From NCBI RefSeq assembly GCF_037902255.1, contig NZ_CP147990.1, positions 2,280,001-2,312,000 on the forward strand: a stretch of 32,000 nt of DNA, read 5' to 3'. The translations under genes and the position numbers were made by a program. The notes under the pieces are model-generated. The model was not told the origin of the DNA and ran no database searches. It was given only the letters and a program-made list of their open reading frames with translations. This stretch comes from Candidatus Electrothrix sp. GW3-4 (GTDB lineage Bacteria; Desulfobacterota; Desulfobulbia; Desulfobulbales; Desulfobulbaceae). Of the stretch, positions 8,531 through 13,767 are shown piece by piece. Each line of letters opens with the position of its first letter. The stretch's first letter is position 1.

Positions 8531-9316
8531 ATGAATACGTTGCGAATACAAAATTTAGTTCAATATATTTTAACCGAGGCTGCTCAGGATGAAGATTGGA
8601 GAAATCGTGAGCTTGGCCCGATACATATAATTAAATATCTGTATCTTGCTGATATGTATTATGCAATGGAAAAAGAGGGCGAGACATACACAGGTATTGA
8701 CTGGCAATTTTATCATTTTGGCCCGTGGAATCTTGAGCTTTACAAAAATATACCTCAATCAATTGAGAATATTGGTGCATACACAAGAAACTTTGAAAGC
8801 CAATATAATCAGGACGGAGTACGTTGGTCGTTAAAAAACGCTCAATATGATGAAGTAGTAAAACGTGTACCTTCTCAAATTTTATTCCGTTTAAAAAAGG
8901 ATATACGAGATTATGGTGCTGCTACTTTTGATCTGCTGCATTATGTATATGCCACGGAACCGATGCGTTCGACTGCACCAAACGAGTCTATTAATTTTGG
9001 TCTATTCTTAAACAGAGAAAAACAAATCCAATCAACAGAAATTGACAGCATCTCGTTGAGCAAGAAAAAACAAAAAAAACTCAAAGAAAAGATGCGGAAT
9101 CTAAAAGAACTGAATAAAGCGAAACTCGCTGAAAAGAAGAGGAATGCTTTGGTTAAACCACCGATCACCCCACGCTACGACGATGTATATACAGAGGGGG
9201 TAGAGTGGCTTGAATCATTGGCCGGGCCGGAGATTATACAAGGAAAACAAGAAGTTGTTTTTTCGAACTCTATCTGGAAATCTCCGGCGCGAAAGAGAGA
9301 TCATGTTTCCAACTGA
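8531..9316 (+). CDS. Panacea-domain (DUF4065, SocA/PanA-like) protein with a lysine-rich C-terminal extension; putative antitoxin
   Basis: 261 aa. IHIIKYLYLADMYYAMEKEGETYTGIDWQFYHFGPWNLELY fits the remembered Panacea core (KLLY.AD...G..iTG..y....GP....Y). A stop lies immediately upstream of ATG 8531. Confidence 0.6.
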   Translation: MNTLRIQNLVQYILTEAAQDEDWRNRELGPIHIIKYLYLADMYYAMEKEGETYTGIDWQFYHFGPWNLELYKNIPQSIENIGAYTRNFESQYNQDGVRWSLKNAQYDEVVKRVPSQILFRLKKDIRDYGAATFDLLHYVYATEPMRSTAPNESINFGLFLNREKQIQSTEIDSISLSKKKQKKLKEKMRNLKELNKAKLAEKKRNALVKPPITPRYDDVYTEGVEWLESLAGPEIIQGKQEVVFSNSIWKSPARKRDHVSN

Positions 9317-10010
9317 TGCTGTGCAAAATATTTGCGACTCTTGGTGGGTAGAAAACAACAACGAACTGAAAAGAGGTGCGTTGCTCTATGCTTTTCTTCC
9401 TCATGTCGATCAGATACCTGTTACTTTAAGAGAAGAGGGGAGGAATGATCCTACAAGTCATGATAGAGCCATACTTAATGTAACTCCTCTACGAATTCAA
9501 GACCACAGGCCCAAGAAAACATTACCTGTAGCTGCACTATCTTTAGATGAGGGAGAATTATGGACTGCATACAGGGCAAAAAAACGACCGTGTTTAGTGA
9601 TAGGTGAAGAGCCGCCTTCTGTGGATAATGTCCTTAGACGTGATATGCCAAAAAAATTGACCTCTCCAACCGTTCTTGTGGCTCCATATTACGGGGCGGA
9701 TAAAGACGGAAGGCGTGCCGGTTATAATGCTGCATTAGTAGAACGAATCAGGCATGCTGAATATCCGCAATTTTTAGTGGATCAGCTTCCTATAGGCGGC
9801 CCGAAAGAATCAATACTGAGATTTGATCATATTCAACCGATAGGCTTAAATGACTACGCCTATGAACATACAGGGTATTGTTTAAGCGATGAAGCCGTGG
9901 AGTCCATTTTGAATGATTGGCTTATCTGGGTCTTTTACGGCGGACTTCCGCCAGAAAGCATGCTCATTCTTTTTCAAGAAGAGATACTATCTATCTACGG
10001 AAATAATTGA
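9303..10010 (+). CDS. Putative toxin: an extended PemK/MazF-like protein with large insertions
   Basis: ATG 9303 overlaps the upstream gene by 14 nt. Motifs occur in MazF order: LKRGALLYAFLP; KKRPCLVIGEEP; PTVLVAPYYG; ESILRFDHIQPIGLNDYAYEHTGYCLSDEAVESILNDWL. At 235 aa it is about twice the canonical MazF size. Confidence 0.45.
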   Translation: MFPTDAVQNICDSWWVENNNELKRGALLYAFLPHVDQIPVTLREEGRNDPTSHDRAILNVTPLRIQDHRPKKTLPVAALSLDEGELWTAYRAKKRPCLVIGEEPPSVDNVLRRDMPKKLTSPTVLVAPYYGADKDGRRAGYNAALVERIRHAEYPQFLVDQLPIGGPKESILRFDHIQPIGLNDYAYEHTGYCLSDEAVESILNDWLIWVFYGGLPPESMLILFQEEILSIYGNN

Positions 10011-10112
10011 CAATATAAGAGCACCTAGAGCACCGCCAGCAACACACACCACGGGAACAGCCAGCAATGATGCAGGAAGTTCCGAGAATACCTCGTTATG
10101 AGGGGTTAATTC

Positions 10113-10652
10113 CTACTCCCTGAAAGTCAGAAGGTCAAAAAACATTAACCGGGTTCTGTCCTCAGCGACTTCGGGCCGAATGTCAAGAAACTGAAAGCCG
10201 TTCCGCTTGTAAAACTCCAGCGTCCTTTCATTATTTGCCGCATCCACGATAATGAAACGGCAGCCTGTTTTATTGCCTTCCGTAAACCACACCTTGATAA
10301 GATCAAGAATACGGGTTCCTATTCCCTGACTCTGAAAGTCGGAATTCGTCGCAAGCCGTCCGATTTTCACCGCTGGCATATTTGCATATCTTTTGGCTGC
10401 CGGAATGCTGGAACGTATCTTTTTGAATCTTGAGCGTGTGGTATCTTCCGCCCGTATGGAGTCATTGGAGACACAGAAAAAGGCGACTGTTGAGCCATCC
10501 ATTTCCACAGCATAGGTTACGGCCACAAGCTCCCTGTCCGCCTCCCTTGAATCTTCATGGAAGAATTCATTCAGGTCTTGACTGCCGCAATAAAAAAGGG
10601 GCCGATCTTCATCGGCCCCCATTCGTCTAAATATAATTTCTGAACTATCCAC
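10113..10652 (-). CDS. GNAT-family N-acetyltransferase of the TA-toxin type (TacT/AtaT/KacT-like)
   Basis: 179 aa. It has an N-terminal FYCGSQDLNEFFHEDS motif (the F.CG...L..FL hallmark of GNAT toxins), the acetyl-CoA motif QSQGIGTRIL, and ...EFYKRNGFQFL. GTG 10652 is the track start; ATG 10622 is an alternative. Confidence 0.7.
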   Translation of the reverse strand: MDSSEIIFRRMGADEDRPLFYCGSQDLNEFFHEDSREADRELVAVTYAVEMDGSTVAFFCVSNDSIRAEDTTRSRFKKIRSSIPAAKRYANMPAVKIGRLATNSDFQSQGIGTRILDLIKVWFTEGNKTGCRFIIVDAANNERTLEFYKRNGFQFLDIRPEVAEDRTRLMFFDLLTFRE

Positions 10653-10809
10653 AGGCGGAACAGACTACTTTGAAATTTTTGTATGCCTCTTTTGCCCGAT
10701 CATAATCGGCCTTGGGCACCTTTTTCTGTTCATTTGCCCTTATAGTCTTGAGAAAATGGCGGGCTGCCTCCCCTTTCAGAACAGGGGTTTCTTTGATTGC
10801 TGTTGCCAT
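10645..10809 (-). CDS. Small 54-aa protein, putative cognate antitoxin of the GNAT gene (below the ORF-track size cutoff)
   Basis: Hand translation gives MATAIKETPVLKGEAARHFLKTIRANEQKKVPKADYDRAKEAYKNFKVVCSACG*. GGAGG lies 7 nt upstream of ATG 10809. Its stop overlaps the GNAT GTG start by 8 nt (GTGGATAG). Confidence 0.6.
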   Translation of the reverse strand: MATAIKETPVLKGEAARHFLKTIRANEQKKVPKADYDRAKEAYKNFKVVCSACG

Positions 10810-11018
10810 GATGTTTCCTCCGTATACGTTCCTATTCCTTCCTGTACCTTCTTATACTTTAATTATATTGCCGGAAAAAATCAATGATTATCCGGTTTAC
10901 TGATAAGATGCCGCGTCCCCTGTTCTTGCCTGTGGGGGCAGTTTTTCACAAGCCACAGGTAAAGCCCCACCCCTGCAACCTCCCTGAGCAACCGGAAAGA
11001 CAGAAAAGAAATGCAGGT

Positions 11019-11150
11019 GGCGTGAAGACCTGCATGAAAGACAACCCCTTGAAAGTGTTTAAAATGAATACCGTGAACACCTTTGCATTAACTTCTATAG
11101 GGGAACGCGCTATATATCTGCCCGCCTTCAGCATTGAAACAAGGGTGAAA
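11019..11150 (+). repeat. Copy A of a diverged ~130-nt direct repeat; contains a possible small ORF from ATG 11034
   Basis: Colinear with 12416-12548. The shared core is cattaacttctataggggaacNcgctNtatat (11086-11117 vs 12483-12514). It is flanked by ggcgtgaaga...atgaa and ...ttcag..ttg.aa.aagggtgaaa. Confidence 0.75.
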
Positions 11151-11290
11151 TACGGCAAAGTTTTTGCTATGCTGAACGAAAGAATAAAGATTTTCCTTTT
11201 TATTTCGAGCAAAAACGCATCAACAACAGGCTGAATCAGTCCGCAATTGTGGGTAATTCTTATACCCCATAAAAAGAAAAGAATCTCACC

Positions 11291-11590
11291 ATGAAAAAAC
11301 AGCCGCTGTCAGAACTCCAGAAGCACATTTTAAAGCTCGCTGAACAGAAAGAGTATGTCTGCTATAAGGACGTGCTGCAAAGCTGGTACGGCTTTACTCC
11401 GAATCGAGAGAATACCAACTCCAATCAATCCACCTTCACAAATCATGATCATGTCCGAAAAAAGATCAATACGGCGCGGGTGGGTATCTGCAAAGCTTTT
11501 AACCGACTGGAAGCGCGGGGCCTGGTACAGCGGGTTCATTTTTCGGGTCACTGGAGTTCAATAATCTTGAACGAGGAAAAACGTAGGTAA
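11291..11590 (+). CDS. Small winged-helix-like DNA-binding protein, 99 aa
   Basis: ATG 11291. LSELQKHILKLAEQKEYVCYKDVL ... ICKAFNRLEARGLVQRV resembles a wHTH recognition helix plus wing. No family assignment. Confidence 0.5.
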   Translation: MKKQPLSELQKHILKLAEQKEYVCYKDVLQSWYGFTPNRENTNSNQSTFTNHDHVRKKINTARVGICKAFNRLEARGLVQRVHFSGHWSSIILNEEKRR

Positions 11591-11786
11591 TTTTCCGATG
11601 CCTGTAAAGAGGAAGAGGGGGCGCAGTCAAGAGGCGGGACATTCAAGCATAGGAGGAAATAAAGTCTATATGCTCGCATAACTCACTGTCAATCGGATTC
11701 CTGAGAGGGTCAAGTATGCCCCCATGTTACTGCCGGGAGAAATTTTTATAGGTTCTCCGGGGATCGCACGGGGCACTTTCTTTCTA

Positions 11787-12011
11787 TTAATGCAACTCTC
11801 CTTGAATTCGGGTCAGTCCGTCGGATATAAGGCCGGTGTAATGATCGACAATTTTTCCGGTCAGAACGGTATCGCATGTCCGATCCGCATCAATCAGCAA
11901 TCTGCCGATAAATCCCAGAGAAGCGGAAAAAACGAAAAGTTCAAGCAGGATATCTTCAATATATTCCTGTTCTGCTTCTTTGGGGGCCGTGTTGTCCTTA
12001 TCTTTCTTCAT
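11787..12011 (-). CDS. Hypothetical 74-aa protein
   Basis: Internal ATG 12011 of the 232-aa track ORF is preceded by AGGAGG at a 7-nt spacing. The product is MKKDKDNTAPKEAEQEYIEDILLELFVFSASLGFIGRLLIDADRTCDTVLTGKIVDHYTGLISDGLTRIQGELH. The upstream part of the 232-aa ORF is low-complexity (S/C/L/P-rich) and unconvincing. Confidence 0.4.
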   Translation of the reverse strand: MKKDKDNTAPKEAEQEYIEDILLELFVFSASLGFIGRLLIDADRTCDTVLTGKIVDHYTGLISDGLTRIQGELH

Positions 12012-12085
12012 GCTGCGGCCTCCTGCATCTCCGAACGGATCATTCTGGAATTCGTGACGGTGGGCTGTGCTGAGAGATCTTTCAT
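12008..12085 (-). CDS. Possible 25-aa leader peptide translationally coupled to the 74-aa gene
   Basis: Hand translation gives MKDLSAQPTVTNSRMIRSEMQEAAA*. AAGGAG lies 8 nt upstream of ATG 12085. The stop overlaps the next start (ATGA). This is short enough to arise by chance. Confidence 0.2.
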   Translation of the reverse strand: MKDLSAQPTVTNSRMIRSEMQEAAA

Positions 12086-12415
12086 GGTGGGGTCTCCTTA
12101 GTGAAAATGCTTCACCATCCTTCGCTTGCAAACGAAAAATGGCTGTTAAGCAGGTTGCAAGACCGCCACTAAGAACGGCAGACCCGGAGGTCTCCTGCTC
12201 AACAGCCAAAGAGAGTGCGCTGAAAATAGGACACAATACCGCCTGTGCATAATAAAAAAGCGGATGTCCTCTTAGTGGTCGGGCTTGCAATCCCGGCCCA
12301 CGGATTTTGCCGCAGGCAATGAACAAATTACAGGGGGAACGGGCTGTGGTCAACAAAAAATATGATATGTCTCTGTCCTCTGTTATCAAGAGCAGAGAAT
12401 GAAGGACTGAAGGAA

Positions 12416-12548
12416 GGCGTGAAGAGCTGAATGAAGGATAAGGTGTTGATAATGAACAACATGAAGAAGATGAAGACCTTTTCATTAACTTCTATAGGGG
12501 AACTCGCTCTATATCCACTCGGTTTTCAGGTTTGCAAGAAGGGTGAAA
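12416..12548 (+). repeat. Copy B of the ~130-nt direct repeat; contains a possible small ORF 12431..12643
   Basis: See copy A. The spacing from ggcgt to cattaac is 67 nt in both copies. Confidence 0.75.
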
Positions 12549-12659
12549 AACTCTTTACAACCCTGCAAGAACAGCTTACCTTATGTATAGAGAAAGGTTC
12601 CTCCCTGATGACAAGAAACCAAGGGTTTCTTCTGAAAGGATAGTCGGGGGGGTCGAATC

Positions 12660-12690
12660 GGGCAGCTTTCCAGGAGGCTGCCCATTTTTA
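12660..12690 (+). terminator. Rho-independent terminator; part of the right repeat copy
   Basis: Perfect 7-bp stem GGGCAGC (12660-12666) / GCTGCCC (12677-12683) with a 10-nt loop, then ATTTTTA. Confidence 0.55.
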
Positions 12691-13332
12691 TATCTCCAGT
12701 TCGCTCTTTATCCCTTCCCGCAACGCATCATAGAAAACACAGTCCCCTGATTCCCATTTTCTGAATATTGCCCAGTTGCAATAATCCGCAAGCTGTAGCC
12801 CCATATTTGACATTGAGGCATGATGCAGCACCCGGAACCGACAACCTGAAGGCAGCATTCTTTTCAGCACCGTCTTGACCGCCTTTTCTACAGCAGCCCG
12901 TTTCTTTTTTATCGGTATACTGTCAGTAATCACGATCAGCTCTTTCATGCTGTCCAGCTCTTCCCGCTCTTGTTCAGCAACGTGCCGGATCAGGTGCCCC
13001 AACATTCGAGGATAGAATTCTTCAGAAGCCTGCAAGGCCGGAACGATTTTGCTTTTCTCTACTATCAGCGAATCCACCCGCAAATCTGCAATATTCTCCT
13101 TGATGATCCCAAACACCCGCTGCCGAACATGGCGGTTGTCTTTGGTGCAGTGGAAATACGAAAAATCAAACCCGTATTCGATCAGGTCAAACTTGTATTT
13201 TCCCAATTCATGGCAGGCGGTAAAGGGGCGTTTGGTACAAACACTTGTCAGGGTGAAATACTTTGTCCCGGATGCCGCAAAATCCAGATTCCCCCCTTCA
13301 TCAAGAAAGATGTATAAACAGCCGTTGCTCAT
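12688..13332 (-). CDS. DUF3800-family protein, intact
   Basis: 214 aa. The N-terminal LYIFLDEGGNLDF and C-terminal GLQLADYCNWAIF match the remembered DUF3800 signature (y.D.SG ... lQ.AD). Its last ~53 codons plus the downstream terminator (12659-12849) form the right copy of the 190-bp repeat. Confidence 0.65.
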   Translation of the reverse strand: MSNGCLYIFLDEGGNLDFAASGTKYFTLTSVCTKRPFTACHELGKYKFDLIEYGFDFSYFHCTKDNRHVRQRVFGIIKENIADLRVDSLIVEKSKIVPALQASEEFYPRMLGHLIRHVAEQEREELDSMKELIVITDSIPIKKKRAAVEKAVKTVLKRMLPSGCRFRVLHHASMSNMGLQLADYCNWAIFRKWESGDCVFYDALREGIKSELEI

Positions 13333-13570
13333 GGAGTCCTTGCAGGGTTCAGAAAACAGAAAGCCTCGTTATTATTGCCGGGAGAAATTGAAAGAGGTCT
13401 CCGGCAACGCATAGAGGATATTTTTTCAGGGGAGGATAAACAGGAGCGGGTGGAGTGTCAACGGTTCTTCAGAGAGTGAAAAAATATTTCGTCCGTATTT
13501 TTTCAGAGCAGATAATTTGCCCCCATAACCGAAAAAGTGGGGGCAGTGTGGGGGCTGGAGCGCAAGGCAC

Positions 13571-13607
13571 AAAAAAAGGGACTCAGCTCAATACAAGCTA
13601 AGTCCCT
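13571..13607 (-). terminator. Rho-independent terminator downstream of tRNA-Lys
   Basis: The minus strand reads AGGGACT-loop-AGTCCCT followed by T7. On the plus strand the stems are at 13577-13583 and 13601-13607 and the A7 run is at 13571-13577. Confidence 0.6.
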
Positions 13608-13615
13608 ATATATAT

Positions 13616-13691
13616 TGGTGGGCCGTGAAGGATTCGAACCTTCGACCAATTGATTAAGAGTCAACTGCTCTGCCAGCTGAGCTAACGGCCC
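13616..13691 (-). tRNA. tRNA-Lys, anticodon CTT, with encoded CCA
   Basis: The reverse complement folds by hand as GGGCCGT TA GCTC AGCTGGCA GAGC A GTTGA CTCTTAA TCAAT TGGTC GAAGG TTCGAAT CCTTC ACGGCCC A CCA. That gives a 7-bp acceptor stem, D, anticodon and T arms, and a TTCGAAT T-loop, 76 nt in total. Confidence 0.92.
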
Positions 13692-13767
13692 TTACCTTCG
13701 TAAGGTTCACATCTATATATCATAAAACCGGGATCAGGTCAAGATTTTATCTACGGTTTATAAAATA

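Noticed and set aside
11011-11035. 8-bp perfect hairpin ATGCAGGT-N9-ACCTGCAT as a terminator or conserved structure
   Set aside because: No T-tract follows it, and the stem is not conserved in the second copy of the 130-nt repeat (12408-12432).
11787-12485. 232-aa minus-strand ORF as a single gene
   Set aside because: The N-terminal 158 aa are Ser/Cys/Leu/Pro-rich with no start context. Only the last 74 codons follow a good AGGAGG-ATG.
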